From contig OZ024740.1 in the NCBI GenBank assembly GCA_964016885.1, forward strand, positions 291,896,001 to 291,960,000: a stretch of DNA of 64,000 nt. Direction: 5' to 3'. The notes beneath the pieces are model-generated. The model had not been told where the DNA came from, did no database searches, and worked only from the letters and a program-made list of their open reading frames with translations. Each line of letters starts with the position of its first letter. Within the stretch, counting starts at the first letter, position 1. The translations under genes were made by a program, and so were the position numbers. The DNA is from Eledone cirrhosa. Lineage: Eukaryota. Positions 13,466 to 25,554 of this stretch are shown here, one piece after another.

Positions 13466-14490
13466 TATATATATATATATATATATAGACACATACATAC
13501 CGCACACAAATCGTCCTCCAATGTTAGTGAAGCTATTATTAATCCTCCCCGGATGAAGTAACTTGCAAATTCTTCGTAATTCTTTAAATGCAATTATACA
13601 TCTAATGGACACACTCTCTAGAATAGATATATTTGTGTGTGTGAGAGAGAGGTAGATAGACAGGTAGGTTGGCAGGTAGATAGATAGGACGATAGATCGA
13701 TATGTAGATATATAGGTAGGTAGATAGGAAGATAGACGATAGTGTGGTTATCTGTATATGTGGCTGTGTGTATGTATGTGAAGATGTGGAAATAAGGAAA
13801 GGATAATTTACTACAGTGCCAATGATTCAATCCACAGGTGTATATTCTTTTTACCATTGCATAAGTACATAGACTCACTCACACACGTGTATATATATAT
13901 ATGTGTGGTGTGTTTATGTGTGTATCTGTGTGTGTGCATAAGTGTTTATGTGTATATATATTTATATGTGTGTGTGTATCTGTTTGCTTATGTGTGTGTG
14001 TATGCATATGTGTGTTACTGTATCTGTGTATGTGTGCATATGTGTGTGCGTTATGTCCATGTGTGTGTCTGGTGATTGTAATGTTGAGAGTTTGAATCCC
14101 ATCAGTGCATTGTGTTCTTGAGCAAGACACTTTATTTCGCCTTTCTTCTCTCCACTGAAGTAAAAAAAAATGTACTCTGCCAGTAAGTCGAAGAACCAAT
14201 GTAGTCCCACCCTGAAACCCTCCGTTATACGTGTCTATGGAATGCTCAGACACTCTCACCTTAATTTCAGGCAGTTCCATTTGAGAAACCTTAGCTGGAA
14301 GAATCCTCGTCACAAGCAATAGGGTACCATCATACATATGAACACATAGACACACACACACGTTTCAAAGAGAATAGAAGAGATCAATAAAATAAGTATT
14401 AGGTTTTAAAATATAAGTACTGGAATTGAGGTCAAGAAAATCCTTTAATCCAGGTATCCCAGCATGGGCACAGTCTAACATCTGAAACAA

Positions 14491-17030
14491 GTGCAGGCCG
14501 GAGATTTTGTTCTTCCTCCTTCAATCTATGGTTCCCCTCACTTCTACAGTGAGTGCTTTCAAAATTCGATGACTGTGGTTCGACACATGGGAAAGCCATC
14601 TTATTTAATCATGGTAACAACTAACCCTAACTGGGATGAAATAAAAAATAGTTTGCACCCTGGTGAAGAACCTAGAGACCGTCCTGATATTTGTGCAAGA
14701 GTCTTCAAGATCAAGTATGACAGCCTTATGGATGACATACTGAAAAAAAATATCCTAGGAAAAGTTGTGGCTCATTCTGCTACAATAGAGTGGCAGAAAA
14801 TGAGGCCTCACTCATGCTCATATTCTGCTGATAATGGCTGAAGATAGCAAGCCCATTGATCAGGTAGTGTACTGTGAGATTCCTGATAAAGAGACCAATC
14901 CAATTCTGCATAAGATCATCACATCCTGCAACATTCATGGCCCATGTGGACAAGCTAATATGATGTGCTCATGTATGGAAGGGCTAAGACAACAACGCCA
15001 TTGCTCAAAAAGTTATTCCAAGGCATTCAGACAAACCACATTTGTTGCCGAAAATTCCTTTCTGGAGTATAGAAGAAGTGATAGACAGCATGGGGGTCAC
15101 ACCCATACAATCCAACTTAAAGGTCAAGAATTTACTGTTGATAATCGTTGGATTGTTCCATACAACCCTTTCCTCTCATTGAGATATCAGTGCCACATCA
15201 ATTGTGAGGTTGTCCACAGTGTCAAGGCTGTTAAGTACTTATATAAGTACATCACAAAAGGATCAGACAAGATCACTTGCACTATTAAGGATGATCAAGG
15301 AAATTGTGTCCATGCCCAAAATGAGATTGAGACCTATATCAATGCACGGTACATCTCAGCCAGTGAAGCATTCTGAAGAATCTATAAATTTCCATTACAT
15401 CATCAAAAACCGCCAGTTGAAAAGTTGCCTTGCCATTTACCTGGGGAACAAATGGTCGTGTATGAGCGAGGGCAGGAAGAAAGTATTGTTTCTAGGAGAC
15501 AGCCAATGACTAAGTTGACGGAATATTTTCAACTGAATATTAGAGACCCACTGGCACAAAACATATTGTATATTGATATTCCTAAATATTTCACTTGGAC
15601 AAGAAAAAAGGGACATCTGGATGGTGATCAACAATTTATGAGTGAATCTCTTGGATGCATTCCAACAGTATCTCTCAGTAGACATCAATCTGAATTATAT
15701 TACCTCAGGATGATCCTATATCACAAAGCTAGGTCAACTTCATACAAAGATTTAAGGACAATTGAAGGAGTTGGATTTCCAACATTCCAAGAAGCATGCA
15801 GGAAACTTGGTCTGTTAGATGAAGATGGAGAAAAAGACAAAGCTATGGAAGAGGCCTCACCCATTACGCTTGGTCCTCAGCTGCGAGAGATATTCTGCAC
15901 AATTTTATTGTACAGCATGCCAAATGGCCCTCTGCAGTTCTGGGAGAAATGGAAGAATTGTCTTGCATGAACGTCATGAGCAAGTCATGTCCATGCAAAA
16001 GAATTTTCTGCTTGAATGCAAGTGCAGGTACAGGAAAGACCTATGTCATAAACATCCTATTGGATTACCTCCGATCTAAAAAAAAAAAATTTGCACATGC
16101 CACTGCCATATCTGGAATAGCAGCCACTTTGTTTCACAAAGGTAGAACTCTTCATTCCAAGTGCAAGTTTCCTCTCAATGTGACTGCTGAATCAACTTGC
16201 TTCTTCACAAAGAGGGATGACACAGGTAAACTTATGCAGCAAGCTGATGAAAGACAGCTTGCAAACTACCTTCTTGATGTGGGAAATGGTAACATTCCAA
16301 CTGCTCCAACTGTAGGTGCATTCACAATTCTTCTGCCAAATGAACTTTGTCTGGAATATGGTAATGTGTCTGGACTGTGTGATTTTGTGTATACAAATCT
16401 TCCAGGAAACTACACAAACCCACTATGGCTTACAAATAGAGCCATTATCACTCCAACAAATGATGCAGCAAGATTGGTGAATGAGTTCATGGTCAACAAG
16501 TTCCCTGGTCATGAAATAATCTACAGAAGCTCTGATACAGTAGATAATGAACTGCAATATCCAATTGAGTTCAACAAACTTACCCCATCAGGCTTTCCAA
16601 CACACATACTTAAACTGAAGAAAGGCAGTTGCATCACGCTTCTGAGAAATCTGGATCCTCTAAATGGGCATTGCAATGGTACACGCTACATCATCATCAG
16701 TTTACATAATTATGTAATTGAAGCTGAAGTGGCATTGGGTCCCAATGCTGGAACAAGGTTGCTAATCCCAAGGATACCACATGTATCTCAAGAGCTTTCA
16801 CCTTTACTCACAAGCAATTTCCTGTCAAACCAGCCTTTGCCCTTACATGCAACAAGGCACAAGGGCAGACATTTGAAAAGATAGGTGTATATCTACCAAC
16901 ACAATTCTTCTCACATGGTCAGATGTATGTTGCAGCATTATCACGAGTTACAAAAAAAGAAAATATTAAAATATTAAATGAAAGGGGTCTGTTTGCTGAC
17001 AACTGTGTCTACAAAGAAATTCTACAGTGA
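14491..17030 (+). pseudogene. Helitron Rep/Pif1 helicase, decayed and internally deleted
   Basis: Rep motifs TTNPNW.EI, DRPD..ARVF, IEWQK..PHAHIL, HGPCG, VPYNP..S and KYLYKY. Helicase motifs AGTGKT, SGIAATL..GRTLHS, LLRNLD..GHCNGTR and FSHGQ.YVA. Multiple frameshifts. Confidence 0.92.
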
Positions 17031-17264
17031 TGTAGAATTCTACAGTCTAACCCATGCTAGCGTGGAAGATGGATGTTAAACGAAGATGATGATGTGAAAC
17101 AACTATCACTCTCTTTTAGTTGAAATGCATTTCAGTTTCTTTTTAACTGCTAGAAAAGGGACACTACAAAAACTTAAGAAGTCTATATGTAAATACAGTA
17201 AAACAACAATATAGCGAAGGTCAACTCTTCATATTGGTAAATGTAATTCATTCATACCAGCAGC

Positions 17265-17540
17265 ATCATCATCATCATCATCATCATCAACGTTTAACGT
17301 CCGTGTTCCACGCTTGCATGGGTTTGGACGGGGGTTTTCCCACTTGAGGCAAGAGTGATTGTCTTGCTCGCATAGGAGTGTCTGGCAGGTTTTCTACAGC
17401 TGGATGCCCTTCCTAACACCAACCACATTTACAGTGTGGGTCTGGGAGGTTTTTACCGTGTTGCCTACACGGCCACATTACAGCGTGGACTGTGTGTTTT
17501 TTTGTCGTGACACCTACACGATCTCATTTGTTTCGGCCTG
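17265..17540 (-). mobile_element. RTE 3' UTR fragment
   Basis: Reverse complement of about 5735-6005. Confidence 0.88.
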
Positions 17541-19954
17541 AAGCTTCCCATCGACATTCTCAAGTGAAGATTCATGAACATTTTCCATCAACAGTTTCAT
17601 TGCTTTTCCATCTCCATTATCGCCTTTTTTTTAAATGTATCAAGGATTACTTTACTGATTACAGAAGTGTAACACAGTCTTTGTTCAGTTTATGTGCATA
17701 TTGTCAATTTACGTATTATATCTATGTGCATATATATTTGTGTATATCAATATACACACTATATATGCTAGCAGAAAACCGCCCGAAGGGCGGTTCTTCT
17801 GCTAGTAATACTAATGATGTATGATAAGTATAACTAAAGATAGACTGATGTATAGAGACATGTAACCTATGCACTGTTAAGTACACACTAACAAAATATT
17901 TGTATTTTAACAATACTAATATTTTCCCATTTTAAGGAATGTACTATAAGAAACTGCTTTTTCACCCTTTCTTTACCATATTTCTGATGCCTATGATTTT
18001 CAAATATTTTTGTTAATTATCTAAAATTTGGAGGGTTTTAGTAATATAAATAACTTTCTTACTATTTATCTGATGTTTGGAACATGACTTAACAAAGATC
18101 CTTACATTAAATTACGATGGAAGGATTTTAGATATAAACAGTTTTGTCATAGAATAAGACTTGGTATGAAAAGAGTTAACCCTTTAGCATTTACATTATT
18201 CTATATATATTATTGTATTTTCATGTTAAAGCCTTTCTTATATAATTATTTCACATAATATTGAATCTGAGATTTTGATGTCATTCATTTTGAGAACAAT
18301 ACCTCAACATAAGTATGAGTGACCAGGTATGGCCAGTTTGAACAGAAGAGGCAAGAGCATTCTGGCTGGTTTAAATGCTAAAGAGTTAATCTTTGTTATG
18401 AGCATCATGTTTATTTTAAGGTGACCCATGTGTAAAACAATGTCTTTCTATGTCTCTTACTCCTTATCATTTCATCCTTGAGGTCCTAATCTTCTGAGAT
18501 TCAATTTAACTCGCCTCAACTGTGTGTGTGTTCTATTTTTCCTAAGTCAACATCCACTACAATTTGTGTCCCTTTCTCATCCAGTATCCATTTACTTACC
18601 AGTGCTATTGTTTCACCCACATGAATGGAGCTAATGTTTCTTATTTCTATAGATCAGAGGCTCAGTGTTTGCAAAATATTGAACCATTGTCTATCCACAT
18701 CATAAATACTGAGCATTACTATTGCTCTCTTTCTACTGGCTCCTCATTTTAACAACCAGAGAAGACTAATAATGAAAAATAGAAGAAATCCATTAGACAT
18801 ACTGGTTATTTTAAACATCTTGAAAAACTCTTAAGCTTCTGTGAGAAGCATTTGCCAGTTTAGTGGAGAGGCAGTGCTGGATAGTACCCATCCAACCAAT
18901 GCAATCATGGAAAAACGAACATAAAAAGGATGATGATGATTTTCAAGAAGAGGTCAACTTTGTTTTTCATCTGAGTTCAGATTTTACTCAGGCCTACTTT
19001 GCCTTTTATCCTTCTATGAATGAAATACTAGTCAAGTGAGAACTGAAACCTGCTAGATTAGCTGAACTCTCACCCTGGTGTACAACACTCACCACATACA
19101 TTAGATTTTAAGAAATCTCATCTGCTGTTGAATAGGTTAGCTTTCAAATATGAAGATCATTTTATTTATATATATATCTAATTTCAACATTGTTTTGTAA
19201 TAGGTGATAACACTAAATACATGGACTACATAAAAGTTCTTCTTAATTGTTCCTCAACTATGTACTTCTTCTGTCTCTCTGATGTGAAAAACTTTCAGTG
19301 GATGTCACCTTACAATCCCAGCAGATGCAATTTCAAAGGTGTCACTGTGGAGCATAGTGAGGGAGATATGTTGAAAAGGCCACAAGTGTTGGGCAATGAA
19401 ACCTATATCTACTGCTGAATTGACCAGGTTGCTGCTGGTGAAAGTCATTGCATGTCAAGTCTCAGATGAGGGGATTATCATTGTGGAATGTGAGGATTTT
19501 AAGGTCATCTAACTTTTTGCCGTCCCTATGATGTAACCCCACCAGTTCAAGCTGTGATTGGAAGCCAGCGATGTCTAAGCTGCACTTAATGATCTTATTG
19601 AAAGCAACATGTGAAATGAACTGACACTGAGGGGGTATGACAACAAATAAAGACTGAAACCATATACCATAGATTCACTATGGCATTTGTGTTGCTCACA
19701 AACCCCAGGGCCAACCGGAGGGAAATAGCAATACAGAGACAGTGAAATTATAGATTTAAGCAGTTATTTCCATTCATTATCAAAAATTGAATAATACAAT
19801 GAATTTAGCTTTTGCAATTTGAAAGTCATGCAAATTTTAATAATCTACTTTCTTTATTACTTTCTTCATTATTTTCTTTATTAATGTAAAAATTAATTTA
19901 TTCTTAAAAGATTTTTGTTTAAATGATGAGTTTATTTTATTTATATTTATTTAG

Positions 19955-20840
19955 GTGTGATGTTTGTCAGTATGCTACTGGAGATCACAACTCGCTCCGA
20001 CGTCACAAAATGCGTCACTCAGGATTGAGGCCGTACAAATGTCAATATTGTTCCTACTCATGCATTCAGGCCATTTCTTTGAAGACTCACATGAAAAATA
20101 AACATCCAGGTTCATCTGGAATTTATCACTGTGATATTTGCAACTACCGAACTGTAAATGCTACCAGTTTTTCTAACCATGCCAGTGATCACAAATATGG
20201 GTTGATTAATGTTCAAGAAGATAGCAGCACCACCACCACTACTACCAGCACATTACCAACAACAACAGTGTCTACTACTACTGTTGAAACAAGTAGTAGT
20301 TTCACAGCTATCTCTTCCACCAATAATAAAAATATATTACAAAAAGTCAATACTGTTAGTAATAATGAAATACAAACTCAGTTAGCACCGGTAGAGAATA
20401 GTGTTTCAAATCTTAGTGCAGATGACATTATTAAAATGGCACAAACAGGGAATAACCTGGTCTCAACAGATCTCACTGCTGCAGAATTAATCTATGCTAT
20501 TGCAACCAATTCTTTACCACAAGACTCTCAGATGCTTTCTGGGATGCAAGCAACCATAAATACATCTTCTAAACAAGGAGTCTCAACTCATACAATTACT
20601 TTACATTTACCACCATCTCAGTCACAGATTGCCTCAAATGAAAGTTCTTCTGATCCAAGAAACACTGGCCATACTTTATTCATGGTACAACCAGTAGAAT
20701 TATGTTCTGTAAATAATGATTGTAATTCACAAACTCTTCCTCCTGAAAATATAAATGTTGATTTCCAAGCAGCTGAAAGTACAGTGACTGCTACAGAAAT
20801 TGTTTTTGATTCAGACGACAAAACTGTTACTACTGAATAA
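19955..20840 (+). CDS. C2H2 zinc-finger protein, coding exon 2 (3 fingers, then S/T/N-rich tail)
   Basis: Acceptor TTTATTTAG|G at 19954/19955 is phase-compatible with the donor at 8443. The join reads HTGEKPFK-CDVCQYATGDHNSLRRHKMRH, a seamless linker plus finger. Spliced CDS is 2445 nt (814 aa). AATAAA at 20963. Confidence 0.92.
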
Positions 20841-22793
20841 TTAATTAATTCAGTGGTTATATTTGGCTTTTATTCTTCATTTGTAACATTTAGAATTATT
20901 TTATATTTAGGTTGAATTATAATGAATTTTCAGAGACAACTGATGTCTCGTTTGATCATTAAAATAAATGCAATTGTTTTCTTTTAGCTTTTAGTTGACC
21001 TTTAAAATAAGACTATTATTTGGAATATGAGATATATTTGATATTTTGAAATAAGACTATTATTTGGAATATGAGATATATTTGATATTTTGGTTTTGTA
21101 TTATATTTACTTGCAAAATTACTAGAACTCAAATTCAGACAAAAATATTTTAAAATATGCTAATATATCCTTTTGAAAAGAAAGTGAAATATTATTACTA
21201 TTAAGATGACGAAGATAGCTAAAATTTATGAATATAATTGTTTCTGCTTTTGGCACAAGGCCAGCAATTACCCAGTACATTACTGGTACTGTCCCAGCTA
21301 AAATCTGCATGAGGAGAGCCTGCTATGCTGATCTGGCTGGATCTTGATGGCTGATCTTTGATAAAAACGTGGATATAAAGACCCCAATGGTAGTCTTTAT
21401 TGATTGCTTAGTGGATGAAGGCAGCATCAGTTGGCTAGTGCTTTCCAGGCAGACCTTGGAACTACAAGAATTCAGTCGTTCAATGTAATATTTAGTGCTG
21501 ATCTCATTTGTCTCAGTTTCTTTTAAGACATGAAGAAAGTACTAGTGGGTATCTCAGTTGTGATGAGTCATTGGCCCTTTTGGGGTGGGGATGGGGGGAA
21601 TTCAGTCATATATCATGGAAAACAAAAGTATTATCACCATAATAATTAGGGCTACAAGTTCACAGAAACAGTAATATGTCAGATTAAAGGCCTTACAGTA
21701 TTTAGCTTCATCATCTGTTTTCTGAACTCAAATCTTGCTAGGATCTATTTTGCCTTTCACTTCTCTGGAATGTTTTAAAAATAAATTCTAGGAATGTACA
21801 AGTGTCAATTCAGTTGCTTGTCTTTTCATTTGTAAAGGGCGGCCTTGTATCTACTTCAAAGGAACCAGTTTTACACGAGCAATTAATTTTAAAGTTATAC
21901 AACTGACTTGATCTGAGACTATATGTTGCACATGAATCAATTATACGTGGTAGTCACGGTAGCTACTTAAAATACACATATATTACTATAGTTATTTTGT
22001 GATTCTATTATATACTATTGAATATATTGTACATCTATAAAGCTGAAAAAATGTTTTTCACCTAATGCGGGCCCTAGGCCATAAAAAAAGTTGGATTTTC
22101 TTTGCTCACGATATGAAGAAGAGTTACAATTTCAAGGAAATTGGTCTGATGTAATGCCTCAAAAATCCCCTAAAAAGTTTTTAAAAACGCAGTTTTTCAC
22201 CTAATGCGGGCCCTAGGGGATCAAAAAGTTGAATTTTTTAATGTGCATAACACTCCCTGAAACATAAATAATACACATGTAAAGTTTGAAAAAAATCGGT
22301 TGAGTACTTCTTGAGTTTTAGGGATTCAAACTCACAGACACACACACACACAGACAGACAGACATCCTCAGTTTTATATATATAGTATTACATTATTAAA
22401 GAACTAGCAATCAGCTAATGGAGCATAAACATCCAAAGATACATATATACACATACCTAAACACACAGACACATAGATATTCATATATATAGATACACAC
22501 ACCCATATATATATATATATAATTTATACATGTTTATATACACATAGCTAAACACACACACACAGAGACATATATCTCTATATACACACTTATATATATA
22601 TATATATATGTAAAAGTTCTATTTAAATTGTTGGGATACAACAAGCAAATATTTTTTATAACTGATATAAAGCACTCAACAAATATTTGGAGTAAAAATA
22701 CGATATTAACAAATGGAAACTCATCATCATCATCATCACCGTTTTACGTCCGTTCTTCCACGCTAGCATGGGTTATATGTATAAAACCATATT

Positions 22794-22858
22794 TATTTCA
22801 TTATACATATTTCAAGGACACCAAGTTAAATTATGGTGTGCTTTCATCAGACAAAATA
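22794..22858 (-). ncRNA. Minimal type I hammerhead ribozyme (inverted twin)
   Basis: Reverse complement of 22997-23061 with one substitution, in the other arm of the palindrome. Confidence 0.72.
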
Positions 22859-22996
22859 TAATATAGATCAGTTTTATAAATAAATATTGACATACCCTTA
22901 AAAAATGCAACCATTACTGTTGGAAGCTCCCGGGAGTTTCCAACAGTAATTTTTTAAGGGTATGTCAATATTTATTTATAAAACTGATCTATATTA

Positions 22997-23061
22997 TATT
23001 TTGTCTGATGAAAGTACACCATAATTTAACTTGGTGTCCTTGAAATATGTATAATGAAATA
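22997..23061 (+). ncRNA. Minimal type I hammerhead ribozyme (Penelope-like)
   Basis: Stem I TATTTTGT/ATGAAATA, CTGATGA (23005), stem II AAGTACACCA/TGGTGTCCTT, GAAA (23042), short stem III, UA cleavage site at 23053. Confidence 0.72.
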
Positions 23062-23551
23062 AATATGGTTTTATACAAATAGATAGTTATAAAAATACCC
23101 ATACTCATATATAATATACAAATATATGCACACACACACATACATAGCCATATAGACATGCATACATATATATATACATACATATATATACATATAAAAA
23201 TAAAACATTTATATACGCAGGTACACATATATACAAAAATATATAGAACATATATAAACATGTACACGCACATGCAAATAGACACACATGAGAATACCAA
23301 TAAATATGAACCAGAAAGAAATATGAAAAAAGAATCCTGCATGGCTAAAAGCATATGAATAAATAAAAAATATGAGCAAAGACAACACTGGAGGTCATTT
23401 TCTGTGAGTGTCCTTAGCTTATCAGTTACAATTTTTTGTATGTTTTCCACAGTCCCAAAATGATAACCCTCCAACTTTGATTTCAACTTGGGAAAGACAT
23501 AGAAATCTAACAGCACTAGATCTGAGTTGTAGGAAGGATGTGGAAGAGTGG

Positions 23552-25020
23552 GAATAATAATAATAATAATGAAATTATTGTGTACAGTGCTCAGGTGCAT
23601 TACAATTCATCAAAGGTGCATGTATAGTACATAGAATAATGTACAAATGTCAGGAAAATGAACAGTGTATGAGTCATCATATACACAGATAAATGCGTGC
23701 CTGTGTATGGAGGGGGAATATCAGATATAGTGATGGCAAATTTCAGGAAGCATGGAGGTTCTAAAAGATGCAGTGTCCCAGCAGCTAAAAATTGTTTCAG
23801 GTAGTTTGTTCCATGCTTCAGCAACTCGGAGCGTGAAAAAAGGTTTCAGAAAGTCATGTCCACGGGTGTTAGACACATGGAATTCAAAAAGGTGCTCAGG
23901 GTTGTTGGCAAGATGGTTAATAATTTTGATGTCGGAGCTTCAATGTTTCCATGCCCAGGGAAGCAAGGCGTTCAGAGTATGGTAGATGCCTGAAGACTTC
24001 TTGAGATTAGTGTTGTGGAAGGAGTATGTGGACGCTGGGTTTTTCCTCCCAAAATGCATGGTGGTACACTTGTCAACAGCCAGCTTGTGTTGCCAGTCTG
24101 TGATCCATTGCTGCATTGTATCCAGGTCTGATTGCAGGAAAGATCTATAGTGTTCAGGATCTGTCCTTTTTATCTCAAAGTACAGCTTGATGTCATCTGC
24201 ATATTTCAGTACTGTGGCATTCTTTAAGCTGGCATCTATGTTATTAATATATGCAACAAACAAAAGAGGACCAAGAACAGATATCTGCGGTACACCAGAT
24301 CACATCTCATAGGGTGAAGAATGCTGTCCTAGAAGCGTGACTACTTCTTTTCAACTGAAAATGAAGGACTTCAACCAGTTATAAAGATCATCTCTCACAC
24401 CCATTGCAGCTTTTGCCATAAGCCTTTTGTGTGGCACAGAATTAAAAGCTTCAGCAAAGTTTAGGTAAACAACTGCCATCAGTGATCCAGGTAATGTCTT
24501 CAAGAAACTTGAGTTGATCACAGTAGCTGGAACTAGGGATAAATCCAAATTGCGAGGGCCAGATAAGGCTGTGAGAATTCCAGAAGTTCCAGAGTGTTTC
24601 TCTGACACAGGATTTCATCAGTTTGGTGATGCAGCTAGTAAGACTGACTGGACGATAGTTGACAGGAGACGTGTGGTCGCCCTTTTTGAATTGAGGCATG
24701 GCACTGGCAGTTTTCCACTGCTCCATAGAAACACTGTTTGAAACACAGATTTGAAAGAGTGAAAGCTGGTGCAGAAGAAAGTAACCACCACATTTGGGAA
24801 GCAGGTATATAATACCATCAAGACCAGGAGAGGCATAGTCTTAAGATGACATTGCAGCATTGCAGGTGTAAATTCCATATTTGATATCAGAGATGGTGGA
24901 GATGGTACGTTTTGGTTTTCAACAGTAAAAATGCCTGCCTAGCATTCAGCAACGAGTTCTGCGCATTCTTTGGGATCATCAGTAATCTGGCTTGTGTGCG
25001 GTTTGCAAAGAAGACCAACT
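23552..25020 (-). mobile_element. 5'-truncated CR1/L2-group LINE, degenerate RT
   Basis: PVNYRPVSLTS, QFGF, AF.SVPH and KYADDIKLY motifs, with an (ATT)n 3' tail. The same 3' end recurs at about 52530-52612 (+). Confidence 0.85.
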
Positions 25021-25271
25021 GAATGTTTTTCTTCACCAGAAATTTTCTAATTGAAACAGCTCTGTGAGCAGGTGCGTTATCATGGAGTAGTACCCAGTCT
25101 ACTGCAATGTCCTTTTGGACTTGCTCGACTCATTTTCAGTTGTACCAAGACATCTTTGTAAAAGGTGCGATTAACAGTCTATCCTGAAGGTAAAAATTCT
25201 GTGTGAACAATACCACAGCTATCGAAAAAAATGATAATCATCGTTTTCACCCTGGATGTGTGCTTTCTTTG

Positions 25272-25541
25272 TGTAGTTAGAATAAGCTATCTCACTTACC
25301 GCTTTTCACAGGCGCCGCTAAATTCCACCGCAGGTACTCCTCTTCCACGTGCGTCCGACTGCTTAACACCGGGAGCTGCCCAAAACTCGCGTCCACACCG
25401 TATGCTGGTCACCACTAGGGAGAGGCCCTCTCCTGGCCCTTCCGGTCAAAGACCCCTTCCGGTCGAGCACTCAAAAACCCCTTCCGGTCGAGCACTCCCC
25501 CCCCCCCGCCTCCGGCCACCGCACACCACACCATACCCACA
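25272..25541 (-). repeat. 3' LTR
   Basis: Direct repeat of 29186-29437, preceded on the minus strand by a purine tract. Confidence 0.93.
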
Positions 25542-25554
25542 CGCCCCCCTGATC

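Noticed and set aside
13196-14361. Multiple overlapping ORFs rich in C/V/Y/H/T
   Set aside because: Artefacts of the 27-bp minisatellite and (TG)n/(TA)n microsatellites. The same applies to ORFs at 1721, 23105, 37783, 46959, 51005, 57808 and 60091.
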